Shown here: positions 49,963 to 62,552 of the stretch, piece by piece
Layout: every line of letters begins with the position of its first letter
Position numbering within the stretch: position 1 is the stretch's first letter
Assembly: GCF_035594765.1 (NCBI RefSeq)
Contig: NC_085842.1
Coordinates: 220,111,747-220,175,746 of the forward strand
Direction of reading: 5' to 3'
DNA: 64,000 nt
From: Anolis carolinensis
Lineage: Eukaryota
Made by a program: the position numbers and the translations under genes
Notes under the pieces: generated by a model
The model's input: the letters and a program-made list of their open reading frames with translations, nothing else
Told to the model about the DNA's origin: nothing
The model's database searches: none

Positions 49963-50782
49963 ATGAGGTCCTTAGTAAAGCACAAGCTGAATATGAGTCA
50001 ACAATGTGATGTGGTAGCTGAAAAAGACAATGCAATGCTGAGCTGCATCAATAGGTGTATAGTGTCTAAATCAGAGTTTCTCAAACTGTGCTCCTCCAGA
50101 TGTTTTGGATTTCAGTTCCTACAATTCCTAACAGCTGGTAAGCTGGCTGGGATTTCTAGGAGCTGAAGTCCTAAACACCTGGAGGAGCACAGTTTAATAA
50201 TAATAATAACTTTATTTATACCACCATCTCCCCGTGGGGACTCAGGGCGGCTCACAATGTTACAAAGGTAACAACGCAAATACATAAACAATTCACACAG
50301 TTTAAAACACAAGAAGATGATAAAACAGAAGTTAAAACAAAGGTTTATACAACAGTAATAATATCAATAGTAATAATATCAAACAGTGTTTGAGAAACAC
50401 TGGTCTAAATCAAGAGAAGCAACACTACCATTGTAATCTGTTTTGGTCAAACCTCACCTTGAATACTATGTCCAGTTCTGTGCACCACAATTCAAGAAGG
50501 ATATTGTCAATCTGGAACATTTTCAGAGGAGGGAAGCCAAAATGGTAAAAGGCATAGAAGCCAAGTCCTAAGAAAAAAAAGGTTTAGGGAGTAGGGTGTG
50601 TTTAGCTTGTAGAAAAGAAGTTTAAGAGATAACATGATAAGCATGTTCAAAAGGATTTCTTGTGGTGTGGTGGAATCTTCTCTGGAAGTTTTTAAATGGA
50701 ATAAGCTTTGATTGTGTATTCCTGTGTGACGGGCCTAGACTGGATGGCCCTTGCAGTGTCTTCCAACTCTATATTTCTATGG
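49963..50782 (+). mobile_element. CR1 LINE 3' fragment interrupted by a hAT MITE
   Basis: HKLNMSQQCDVVAEKDNAMLSCINRCIVSK|SRE...[18 protein letters not shown]; CR1 tail near 50770. Confidence 0.9.
50072..50402. mobile_element. hAT MITE containing an L2 tail (~50196-50388, minus)
   Basis: TIR cagagtttctcaaac / gtttgagaaacactg; perfect TSD gtctaaat. Confidence 0.9.
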
Positions 50783-51788
50783 CTGAATGTCAATTTGAAT
50801 TTCTCATTATCCTAGTCCAGTGCTCAAAAAAATAAATCATACTGGTTTTCATCATCATAGTCATCACCACAACAAGCATCATTGTCATAATCTGTTTACA
50901 TCCTGTCTTTCCCCCAATAATACTACTTATACTTATACTACTTGGTGCATTGATAACAAGAAGACCTAAAAATAACCTTAAAATCAACAAATAATGTAAG
51001 CTTCACTTTTCTATTAGTACCATGAAGATGAAGACCAACCCCCTCCCTTTCTTCGACACCAGGATATTCATGGCAAGGCAAGGCAGAATTTATCATCATC
51101 ATTATCATCATCACTGGAAAGTGTTATAGGCAAAGGAAGTTCGGTACTCCACTGCATCTTTGTGCTCCAAAAGCTGTTGCTTGATAAGTGACAGACATAA
51201 TTACCAACAGGCTGGCAAAAACATGAGCGAATTACCGTTTCAATCAAGCAAGATAGTTTCGTACATACTGGAATATTGTTGTTTCAAGAGTTAGTTAGGT
51301 ATGCTCATTTTGGGGAAGAGCAGGCAAAAACACAAGTTACTGTTCTGTGTGGCAAGCCTGTTCATTTTAACACAACTCTTTTCCCAGAAGAAAGCTATCT
51401 ATATTGACAGTAGAAGCCAGTAGCTTGCATATCCCACCATTTCCTGGATCCCATTTTCAAAATGTAGAGATGCTTGAGATAAAGTAACAAAAAGCAAAAG
51501 CAAAAAGATTTGCTGGATGCATTCAATAGCATCTTTCTGTGATGGCATAATATTTGATTGAACAGATGTTTTAGTCAGCAGAATGGGGAGGGGACTATTT
51601 CACCTTTCTCCATCCTCTTCAGTTCTCCAAAAATGGTGCAATTTTTGGAATCAACAGGACAAATATACCCAGAAATAGGTCTAACATTTGAGGCACCAAA
51701 ATGTGTGTTGATCAGTGTAGGCACTTGTCCTTCTTACAGATGTGGAAAAGCCTAATCAATATGCCTATGGATCTCCTAGCCTCTAGTT

Positions 51789-51921
51789 CAGTGAATATCA
51801 ACTTGTGGGTCCCCAGATGTTTTGGCCTTCAACTCCCAGAAATCCTAATAGTTGGTAAACTGGCTGGGATTTCTGGAAGTTGTAGGCCAAAATCTGGGTA
51901 TCCACAGATAGAGAGCCACTG
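51789..51921. mobile_element. SPIN/Charlie-like hAT MITE
   Basis: Same body as the other copies; perfect TSD ctctagtt. Confidence 0.9.
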
Positions 51922-52242
51922 CTCTAGTTTATCCAGCAAAGACTCTGCAATGATACTAGGGAGTGTGTATCTTCCTTCCTTCTCTTCTGACATTGGGACT
52001 TATATACTGGTTGAAGAGAGATGTGAATGCATCTGTGGCCTGTCTATATTGATCAACATGAAATATCCTGTTTCCTCAAAAATAAGCCATCCCCTGAAAA
52101 TAAGACCTAGTAGAGGTTTTGCTGAATTGCTAAATATAAGGCCTCCCCCGAAAGTAAGACCTAGTAAAGTTTTTGTTTGGAAGCATGCCCACTGAACAGA
52201 ACACCAGAGCATGCAGGATCAGTAAATGTACACACTATAGAT

Positions 52243-52952
52243 CAGGGGTCCCCAAACTTTTTAAGCAGAGGGCCAGTCCACAATCCTTCAGACTGTTGAA
52301 GGGCCAAATTATCATTTGAAAAAAAATACAAACAAATTCCGATGCACACTGCATATGTCTTATTTGTAGTGCAAAAACAACAACAAGAACAATGAAAGAG
52401 TAATACAATATTTAAAAATAAAAACAATTTTAACCAACATACATTTATGAGGATTTCAATGGGAAGTGTGGGCCTGCTTCTGGCCAATGAGATAGTCAAG
52501 TTAATTAGGATAGTTGTTGTTGTTGTTGTGTGCCTTCAAGTCATTTCAGACTTTGGGCGAGCCTAAGTCTAAAATTTATTTATTTATTATTTATTTATTT
52601 ACTATATTTATTTACTACATTTGTATCACACCCTTCTCACCCCAAAGGGGACTCATAGTGGCTTACAAATTATATGTACAATACAATATATTATATTATT
52701 AGCTCAGCACACTATTAGCATTATATATTACTATATTGAACTATACCACTATACTGTAATATTATTAGTAATATTATTATTAATATATAATATATAATTA
52801 ATATTATTATATGGTATTGTTATTAGTGTTATATTGTATTACATTATAATATTATTATAGAATATATTTTATTATAAAACTGAGGGCGGGGGCCAGGTAA
52901 ATGACTTTGGAGGGCCGCATGTGGCCCCCGCACCTTAGTTTGGGGACCCCTG
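52243..52952 (+). mobile_element. hAT (Charlie-like) composite non-autonomous element
   Basis: Perfect TIR caggggtccccaaact; perfect 8-bp TSD ctatagat. Confidence 0.95.
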
Positions 52953-53057
52953 CTATAGATTGTTGTACATGGAAATAATGGTAGTAACAAGAAATTCTTG
53001 ATAGGATTCAGTTTGTCTGATTATGCTGATTTGTGATGACAACTACTGTACAATATA

Positions 53058-53924
53058 TGTGATGCCTCATGGGCCTTGTAGTCCTGCTCCCAGTGCCATC
53101 GTGGCTAATGAAGACGAAAACATGGGGTTTTCGCTGGTTCAGCAAGAGCCAGAATCTTTCCAGATGCCTGATGTTGATGTTTTTCCCCAAGAACCCATTA
53201 AAACAGACCTTGAGCAGCTCTCACCCCCTTTTGCTAGGAGTCAGTCCTATACTGCAGACAGGGGAGTGAAAGAACAGGTTCGCAGGAGCTTGAGAATTGC
53301 AGCTAAACAAGACACTGATTAGCCATGTTTCCCCTGGGAAAATCTAGGGAGTCTCACATCTGGAGAAAGCTGGGTTTCGTTTCCTGTTCTCTAGGGAAAG
53401 AGAACGCTGGACACCTGTTTGGCAGGGAAACGGGGCCCAGATATAGGTGCCTGGCACGGTAGGTTCCGTGCGGAGTCAACAGAGCAGCTTCAGGAGTGAT
53501 TTCGTGTTTTCAGCCTTGTGTGGACTTTGCAAAGTCCGCAAATCCAGTTTCCTTGCCTTGCTTATTCAAGTATTCAAGAATTGCCTTGCCTCATTCCTAG
53601 TCACGGACCTTGTTCCTAGAATCAAGTTTTATTTCCAGCCTTGTTGTGGATGTTACCTTGGACCTTGAAAGACCCTGGACAATTCCCCTCACTATTGCTT
53701 GGCAATAGTGTGTGTTTCGGTTTATTGGATTTTATCTTTGGACTCTAATATCATTTATTGGACAAAATCTTTCTGGACTATATTTGACCTTATTTGAAAG
53801 GTCTGCTTCTGGACTATATTTTCGACTTGTTTCTATTATTCTTATATATTTTCTTAATAAAGATATTAGATAGATATTGGCCTCCGTGTCCGGTTCTTGG
53901 TGCTCCGTTGCCACGGGCGTGACA
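53058..53924 (+). mobile_element. Solo LTR (Gypsy-like, 867 bp)
   Basis: tgtgatgcc...gggcgtgaca; TSD atata (53053-53057 and 53925-53929); TATA-like ~53441; AATAAA ~53856. Confidence 0.92.
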
Positions 53925-55794
53925 ATATATGATAAATGTTCGGGTTTTTTGTTCAACAATGAATGCAAAATCTTATTCATGGAAAAATAAGACATCCCCT
54001 GAAAATAAGACCTAGTGCATCTTTGGGAGAAAAAATTAATATAAGACACTGTCTTATTTTCAGGGAAACATGGTAGTGGGTTGCGTCCATCCTATTGTCT
54101 TAATTGCTGAGTTCAGAGTGGCTCTGTTGTTTATTCCAGCACACAATTGGGAAACATATGCTTATGGATGTCATTTCTGTTGTTCATATTAAGTCAGATC
54201 TGTTTCGAATGAGGTACCAAATGAGATTGGAAGAGGATAGATAAGATACCCTTTGTAGTATCCTACTTGCCCCAGAGAGACTTAAGTTGTGCCAACACTG
54301 CCATTTTTGTCTCCGGGCAAAGTGGATAAAATACATTTTCCATTAAAAATGACTTTAAACATTTAAATTGGATTAAATATGCAACTGCCAAGTTTCACAC
54401 AGAATAGTTAGGTTAATATTAAACAATCTGAAGAAGAGCATGTTAGCTCTACAGTGATTCTCTACACCAGAACAATGCTCTATCTGTTACATCAAGTTAA
54501 AGGATGTTTTTTCTATGCAGATGAAGAACCAATTCCATTATTTCTCAAATATTAACATTCACACACTACCTACCAAACATAAGTGTTTCATTTTCACCTC
54601 TTGGAAATAAGCTATTGTAGCTTGCCCAGTGTTTTCAGACCCTTTCCCACTGAAATGAAGTGGATATTTCATTTTTATTCTTATCATTTATATATTTATT
54701 TGTGCTGCATTATTTTTGTAAGGATGAGGCAAGTTCAAGCAAAGAGAAGAAACACTCAGCGGATGGAGAGGACAAAATTGTACAGCATGCGGGTTCCTAT
54801 ATTCCATTTTTTAATCTCAATGGGAATAGTTAAAAAAAATATAGATTATAAAGTGAGGCTTGTAAAATGTAGACAATATGATAAAACAATGGAAGGACTT
54901 GTCACCAGAATGATATCAAAAGACAGTGCAAAGTGTAATGCTGTAAATTTACTCATCTTAGTGCATCTCTATTGTCAAATTCCAGAAGAAGTTGATCATA
55001 GAGTCATATTGGAGGATCGAGAGATACCTAAAGCAAACATATTAACCAAATTTATGTATAATTAAATTTGCAAAAGTGAAGCCCGCAAATATTGAGGACC
55101 AACTGCATATGAAGGAATATCATTGGGATTTTAATCTGGTTTGTTCCATGTTGATTTAAATCATGATTGTCAAGCTGCCCAGATGCCACCAAATGAAGGC
55201 ATTTTGATATAAAAACCTTGCGTCATTTTTGCAGTTTCAAAACCTTAAGGACTTTTGATGCTGCTGTGAGTTTTGCATTATTGATTTTGTCCTCTGTTGC
55301 TAGTTTTATGCTGCATTAGATTTTATAGGTTTTACATTTAACTGCTTTTACTTTTATTGCAAGTGAATGTTAGCTATGGGGGATCCTATCAGTGATGTAA
55401 ATAAATAAATAATCATCTATTATGTAGGGGAAATAATCCCAATTGGAAAATTGTAAGATTTTTTTTTTACAAAGTAAAAAGCTCTCTTGATGAAAACAAA
55501 ATCAAGTGTTTAATTGCCAACTCACTAAATGTGTTAAGAAGTTCTTTGCTATCATATCTCTGGATTCCACTGAAATGTGATGCTGTACAGGTTCATATTC
55601 AAGGTTTAGGATTCAGTTCCTAATAAAGGGGCCTAAGCTTACTCTTGGGGGAATGGCTTATTCTCCAAAGTTCCTTTTCTCTTTTAAATGGTTCAGGTAG
55701 AGTTATTCCAAATGACCCAGGTAATTCTGCGGGCCTCATTGTAGGGCTAAGCTACACCCAACATTGAATATGTAACATGTAACTAGAGGCATAA

Positions 55795-55881
55795 AGGAAT
55801 CCAGTAGTACGTTTGAGATTATATAGTTTATTTCTCCATGAGCTTTTGTGGGTATCGACTAAGCACTTCCTTCAGATGCAC
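55795..55881 (-). mobile_element. Penelope-like terminal fragment with decayed minimal hammerhead
   Basis: Minus strand gcatCTGAAGGAagtg...ccacAAAAgctcatg. Confidence 0.5.
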
Positions 55882-57043
55882 TAGCACAATTATCTCTTTA
55901 AATAGTACATAACTGAATATCAGGCCTCTTCCATCTGACATAACTATAGTACTGATCCTGCTTTTACTGTGATGGCTATGACTTACACTGCCCTGGGATT
56001 CCTATCGCATAACACTGTATGCAACCCATTGTTGATATACTTTCCCACAATAAGCCCATCTGTTCTATTGATGGGAAAATCTGTCAATAGCTGTAGGTTA
56101 GGCCACATTTCCATTACTTACCTGGCATGGTGAGCCTTCCAGGTGTAACATGCTCATTTTTTTAAAAAAAAAAACAAGGAAAATCAAGAGTGTAAGTAGT
56201 TGTGGAAACCAAGTAGTATGCCTTCACTGGAGGAAGGAATCCTCCATTGAGGGCAAGCTTGACTCCTCTTCCATAAGACTTGAAGAGGGCAAGGAAAGGA
56301 CTGCCTCCACAGACTCAAAAACTTCAGAGATACAGAAATATGACTTCACCCACAAATCAAAGAGGAACTGAGACAATGAATAATGGCATGGGATTGGTAT
56401 GAGGCTACCAAGTAAAGGATTTGGCTACAAGAGAAAGGTGCTTGGGGTTTTTTGGAAGTACTTTCTTCTTCCCAGGGTGACCAGTTGTGGCAATGCTCCC
56501 AGATGAAGCAGTTCAGGCCACATCTGCATTGTCCTATAATGCGAGGTAAGGAGTGCATTATTTATTCCGTGTTGTGAGGACTGCTTCCTGGGATCACCAT
56601 TTATGATCCCAGGAGGCAGTCCCTACAGCCTTCCCACATCCCTTGGCTCAGACAGCCCAGAAAAGAGGGATAGCAGTTCCTCTTTACTCTCCCTACCCCC
56701 CCCCCCCCCCGCCACCCTAAAACATACAGTAAAGACCACAGGAGCTTTGGAGAAAGGAGAGGGAACTTGTATATTTTATGCATGTTGTTGTGAATGCTAC
56801 ATACAGTGATTAAAGAACCTAATTGCTGTTATGATTAAAACTTGGGGAACTTCCACACATCACTAAAATCCATGCCAAATGGGTTAAAGGAACCTGCTTT
56901 GCCACAGGTTCTTGTCCACACCTTCTCCAATAACTCCAGGATTTCCCTCCTAGGGTGGCTATATGCTATCCTGGTTGAAATTGGGATAGCATGTAGTCAC
57001 CCCACTATTGAAATTGAAATTGGGATAGCATGAAGCAACCCAA

Positions 57044-57282
57044 AGCCCCCGATTTACCCTCTAAAACTTACTGAAAAAGTACCTGGCCACCATGGAACCT
57101 CTCATCACATCCTCGTGGTGCGAGAAAATGACGCCTGAGGAGATGGGAGGGATCTAGAGGAAAAAGCCCTCTGTATGCCCCCATCTCCTCACGTATAATT
57201 TCTCATCCCACAAGGATGCGAGGAGAGGCCCCATGGTGGCTTGGGATCTTTTCAGTAAGTTTTAGGGGGTAAATTGGGGGCT
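57044..57282. repeat. Long imperfect palindrome (~105-bp arms), probably a foldback/Harbinger-type element core
   Basis: Outer 34 bp are 32/34 complementary; pairing continues inward to ~57150/57177. Confidence 0.85.
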
Positions 57283-58439
57283 GGGGGAGAGGGTGGGAGC
57301 CCTCCCGCCCTTTGGGGGTCCAAGAACCCAGAGTGTGAAATGGTAGTGGAGATTGACTCTCATGAAATGCATAACACATCTCTGTAGTCAGTCCGCACAA
57401 ACCCAGCACCTCATTAGACCCAGATCCTTCATAAATATCCAGATCTATTGAGGTGTTTAGTTAATGAGGAATAAATCCGGGAAACCTCAGTTTATTCTGC
57501 ATTAATTCGCTTTTACAGGAGATGTTGTTTGGCTGTCTCTGGTAAAACCGAGATAGGTCCTACATTTTGGGCTTTTCTGGATGGGCCCTCCAACACACAT
57601 GTTCAAGCAACATCAAGATGTGATCAACATGACAAATGTTATTAATGGGGAAGAACAGAGAAGACAGGTGAGGTTGTGGCACTTTGCTTTTGCTTGGCAC
57701 TTGCCTTCTGGAAAAGACACGTGTCCAACAATCTCTCCTGTATTCTATTTCCTACTGAGTTTATTGAATACTTCTGTACCTTGAACTCAGTTTGGAGTGA
57801 ATGAAGTAAGTCCAAGATGAAGTGGGGCTGTGGGAGGAAAAGAGAGAAATGGACATTTAAAAAGCAGCTTGAAAAAAGCGAGACAGCAAATTAATTTGGA
57901 CTGTCTCTGTTAAATCAGAAAAGTTGGATAGTGTAGTTGGGATTTTTTTTTGCTCATTCTTAAATATGTTTTCTGAATATATATGAATGTCATTGGCCAG
58001 ATAGATCTCATTCTTTAATTGCTTGAATTTCGTTGTTAGCACTCCCCTGAACTGGAGGAGGTGTTCCAACTGTGTGTGTGGAGATCAGACTTCACATCAG
58101 TAATTAAGAAGAAGACATTCTCATTGTGCTGCTTTGGTAATAATTACTGATGGAGGCAAAAAGTAAAATCAAACAAAGTGTGATTGTTCTTCTGGAACAG
58201 TTCCCATACCTTGCCAAGAATGAAGATGCCAAATTATCTAAAGGGCATGATTTCATTTTATTTTATTGCAGTGACATCTTTGGCTTTTGCAGGAAGCTTT
58301 TTTCCCATGGAAACAAAGCTTTGGATACAAAAAAACCCAAAAAACATTTTCTCTTTTTTTGAAAATTTTCTTTTCCTCCTTTTTTCTTTTTACATATTGA
58401 AAATTCCAAATTCCTAGTGCTTTGGTCTGCAAAGGCATA

Positions 58440-58744
58440 CAGTAGAGTCTCACTTATCCAACATAAAAGGGCCGGCAGAACATTGGATAAGCGAATATGT
58501 TGGATAAGGAGGGATTAAGGAAAAGCCTATGAAACATCAAATTAGGTTATGATTTTACAAATTAAGCACCAAAACATCATGTTTAACAACAAATTTGACA
58601 GAAAAAATAGTTCAATACGTAGTAATGCTATGTAGTAATTACTGTATTTATGAATTTAGCACCAAAATATCATGATGTATTGAAAACATTGACTACAAAA
58701 ATGTGTTGGATAATCCAGAATGTTGGATAAGTGAGACTCTACTG
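58440..58744. mobile_element. Tc1/mariner-Tigger-type MITE
   Basis: Perfect 25-bp TIR cagtagagtctcacttatccaacat; TA TSD. Confidence 0.95.
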
Positions 58745-58904
58745 TACTTACATTTTCTGCAAAAGAATTGAAAATGCAGAAAATGGAGACTTGTGCTGGT
58801 TTATGAAACTGAGGGTGCACCTATAATTTAGAATTAATGCAGTTTGACACTATTTTAACTGCCAAGGCTCAATGCTATGGAATTGTCAGAGTTGTGGTTT
58901 TACA

Positions 58905-59159
58905 TCCTGCCTCCATTTCCCTGAAGGGACTCGGGGTGGCTTATACACAGCACAAAGTGGCTAAAAGCGGAACATAAAACAAAACACAATTCAAAATACA
59001 ATTAATTAAAACATATAGGCATATAAAACAACAACTCAAACTCAATTCAAACAGCGCTCATCAACCAATGGCAGTAAGTTACTGTAAATGTGGCCAGGCT
59101 GTAAAAAAATCGAACAGGGAATAGGATAACCATGGGAAGAGGGCATGGGATAAAGTGCC
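58905..59159 (-). mobile_element. L2 tail and 3'UTR
   Basis: ccatttccctgaagggactcggggtggct; closely similar to 61170-61375. Confidence 0.7.
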
Positions 59160-59342
59160 AGGTAAAGGAAAGGTAAAGGTTTTCCCCTGACATTAAGTGC
59201 AGTCGTGTCCGATTCTGGGGGTTGGTTCTCATCTCCATTTCTAAGCCAAAAAGTTAGCATTGTCCATAGACACCTACAAGTTCATGTGGCCGGTATGACT
59301 GCATGGAGCGCCATTACCTTCCCACTAGGGCAGTATCTATTG
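59160..59342 (-). mobile_element. 5'-truncated Sauria SINE
   Basis: aaaggtaaaggttttcccctgacattaag... Confidence 0.9.
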
Positions 59343-59835
59343 CTTATGTTATGCAGATCATGAAATTCATGTGTTTTAGCACAGCATTTGGATTGTGTGG
59401 GGAAATAATTTCTATTCTTTATATTGAGCTAATGGACTGCCCTGCTTTTGATGTTTCCTCTTCCTTTTTGAAAGTTTAGAGCCTCTTGTTTATAATCAGA
59501 TTACTTCTTCCCAAAGAAGGTCACTGATTTTCTGGCAGATCAAGAGGGAGGGAGAGATATTTGCCACTTAAGAGTTTATTCATGTTTCAATATAAAATCA
59601 AATATGGTGCTCGCTTGCAGTGTGGCACTGCTGCAAGCGGCAGGCTGCCATAAAGGATGGCACATAGCCAGTTGCAACCAAAGCGTTTTTTACAATTCAG
59701 GAGATAATGTTCCAATATATTTTGTACATTTTCCAGACTGTTCCTGAACTCTTGTGAAAACTTAGCTGTCTGTGCGGCATATTTGGAAAAAAACCGGTGG
59801 AGATTTTCAAAGGCAATTATGTATAAATTTCAAAT

Positions 59836-60075
59836 ACAATATGACCTCCATATCCACAGGGGATCTGTTCCAAGACACCCAACCACCCCGTGGATACTTG
59901 AATAGTGAATAATTGTGAGACATATATTTTGACTATACTTGGGCTAGAAGCATATCGTAGAATCACACTGGAGGATCTAGAAAGGCCCACCAATACTTTT
60001 GGAAGGGGGATATTTTTTGGAGGGTGGGCAAGCAAAACCATAAATATTTAACCCATGAGTAAAGGGGTTGTACTG
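59836..60075. mobile_element. Tigger-like MITE (old)
   Basis: cctccatatccacagggg...ttccaagacaccc. Confidence 0.5.
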
Positions 60076-60189
60076 AACTGTTTAATACCTTTTATTATTG
60101 TTGAAGGATGTTTTTGACCCTTGCTCTTTCCATTGATTCTTTCTTAGCCCACTGATCCTTCAGTCCACCAGATTCATTTATCAATGCAC

Positions 60190-60357
60190 TCGTGTATAAG
60201 TTGACCTCATGTATAACTTAAGGACAAGTTTGGAGCTCAACTACAGGTTTTGATTTAACCCATGGATAAGTTGAAGATCATTCTATAAGTCTAGCTAGTG
60301 TTTTTTGGGTTGATTTTTTGACTAAAAGTTCTAGATTTATATTTGAGTATATACCAT
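60190..60357. mobile_element. pogo-like MITE (old)
   Basis: actcgtgtataagt...ttatatttgagtatatac. Confidence 0.5.
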
Positions 60358-60419
60358 ATTATTAATTAATTCATTCATTCATTATAAGTATATGTTTCCT
60401 CTTACATGGTGTACTACAT

Positions 60420-61147
60420 GTTACCTTTCATATCTTATGTCTTTCTAATATTACTTACAGATTTTTTAAAAATTATTTTAAAAATCCTCCTTCCCCTTCC
60501 ACTGTAAGATAAAAATTAAAAAATTAAATTAAATTAAAATTGACTTCCTGCCTTCCTATCCAAAGGCACATTAAATGCAAAATTATGTATTGTCCTGTTA
60601 TCCAGCTATATTTAAAATCTCTTTCTATCTTCAAACTTCATTCATATTTTATAAATCTTCAAATCCGACAAGCATTTTCACATTTTCTTTCTTTCTGATA
60701 CAGGACATAAAAGGTTCTTGTTCATTTAAACAAGTGTCTATTGATTTCTCTCTTCTCAAACAAGATAATTTACCAATTTCTACTTTTTATATCATTTCTA
60801 TCATTCATTATTGCTTTTGAATGTAGATCTGTATTTTCCCTTTCTCGGGTGTAAAGTATTCTTGCTGCTAACATCATAAACTGTAATATTCTGGTATCCA
60901 GTTTTTTAATTTGTTCATTTTGTAATCCCAGGAAGAATTAAGATGGATCAAATTCTACCTTGGGTTTTTTAAAAAAAATAAAATAAATCTTGAATCAGAT
61001 TCTGGATTATTTTCCAGACATTTATTTGCTGTAGGGCACATGGCAAGAAGTCCCTTTTGTGTTTCACATATTCTGCATAAATTCTTAGTGTCTTTTTACT
61101 TTTTAAGATAATTTTTGCAGTTATGTACCATCTATATGTAATTCTAT
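60420..61147 (-). mobile_element. L1 LINE 3' fragment (decayed)
   Basis: Minus strand RITYRWYIT...WKIIQNLIQ; A-rich sense strand. Confidence 0.6.
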
Positions 61148-61169
61148 GAAAACAACAACAACAGCAACA

Positions 61170-61375
61170 ACAAGTATCCCACCACCATCTCCCCAAAGGT
61201 ACTCGGGGCAGCTTACACAAGGCACAAGATGCCTAAAAACAGAACATAAAATAAACACAATATAAAATACAATTGGATGAAACATATTAAGCATGTTAAT
61301 AACAAATTAAACTCAGATTAAAACTCAGATTAAGTCAGTGTTCATCCATAAATGGCAGTTAACCACAAAGAAACC
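61170..61375 (-). mobile_element. L2 tail and 3'UTR
   Basis: ccaccatctccccaaaggtactcggggcagct. Confidence 0.7.
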
Positions 61376-61817
61376 ATAGCCACCACCTTAAATAAAGAAA
61401 ACAGAAAATAAGAGCAATGTAATTTCTTGCTTCATCCATCAGTGATGGCAGTGCCAAGTTTCGGACTTTACTGTTCTTGTATGCCTTCAAGTTATTTCCA
61501 ATTTATGATGACCCTAAGGCATACTTATCATGGGTTTTCTGGAGTTACTACACTTGGCTTAGCCAAAAGGCAGAGAAGCGAGTTGAATACAACGCTGAAG
61601 CCACTACACCATGCTGCCTTTCTTGTACCTAGCTATCAATCGTAAATCAATGAAACCTCTTAATGCAAAAGTTGTTACTAAGGAATGATGCTCATCAAGA
61701 GTTTTTGATCCTGAAAGCTGGTTTAAATATGTTAATAACAATGAAATGCTAAGCGATTAATTGAAAGTGTCAGCTGCCCAGTAGCCTCATTATGAAAAGC
61801 TGTTCTCCAGACGAGGG

Positions 61818-62173
61818 ACCTCATCACATTTCTTGAGGTCCTCCTGATCGATTCGCCAGCCTCCATGGTGAATTGGGGGGCAGCAGGCCTGGCACCTGGC
61901 ACCCCATCTTGCTGACAGCTGATGCTTCCCCACCACATGTGATGAAGCGTCACTGTGTGGTTTCTCCCCGTGGTAGCCCTGTTGTTTGTAATGGAACACG
62001 GGGAGGCTCCTGTGTTGTCAACACAGCGTTGTAGGATGATTCCCCCCCCCCCCAGGTGAGCAACAAAGCCCCATTGGAAGTCAGCCTACATCATGTGATG
62101 GGTGGTGTGGGGCTCCATGGCTCAACTAGGGCAGAAGCGTCCTAGGATGCTGAAAGTTTCTATGTGATGAGGT
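61818..62173. mobile_element. Harbinger-like MITE
   Basis: Perfect 12-bp TIR acctcatcacat/atgtgatgaggt. Confidence 0.6.
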
Positions 62174-62403
62174 TGTAAGCTAACCAGCATTCTACAAAAT
62201 GTGACCCCTCAGGCCCCAACTATACTTCCATATAATCCAGTTTCTGAATCCAGATTACCTGCTTTGAATTGGATTATATGAGTCTACACTGCCTCAGATA
62301 TTTTGTCCAACAACAGACATCATCCCAAGCCAGAATGAGCAATGGATATTGTGAACTGACATTTGGAGGGACACCACTTGGGAAACAATGGGTTTGTCAC
62401 ATG

Positions 62404-62552
62404 GGCCCCATCTACACTGCCATATAATGCCGTTTGAACTGCTTTATACGTCTGGTGTAGACTCATATAATGCATTGAACTGGATTATACAAGTCTACAC
62501 TACCATATAATCCAGTTTAAATCTGCATTATAATAGCAGTGCAGATGGGGCC
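62404..62552. mobile_element. PIF/Harbinger-type MITE
   Basis: TIR ggccccatctacactgc / gcagtgcagatggggcc; 3-bp TSD atg; related fragment at 62211-62293. Confidence 0.88.

Larger units (their letters stand above)
52066..54073 (+). mobile_element. pogo/Tc2-like MITE hosting two insertions
   Basis: TIR tgtttcc..aaaataag / cttattttcagggaaacatgg; TA at both ends; repeated cccctgaaaataagacctag. Confidence 0.85.

Noticed and set aside
56115-56127. U1 snRNA 5' end (tacttacctggca)
   Set aside because: Only 13 nt match before divergence; equally the reverse complement of a splice-donor consensus
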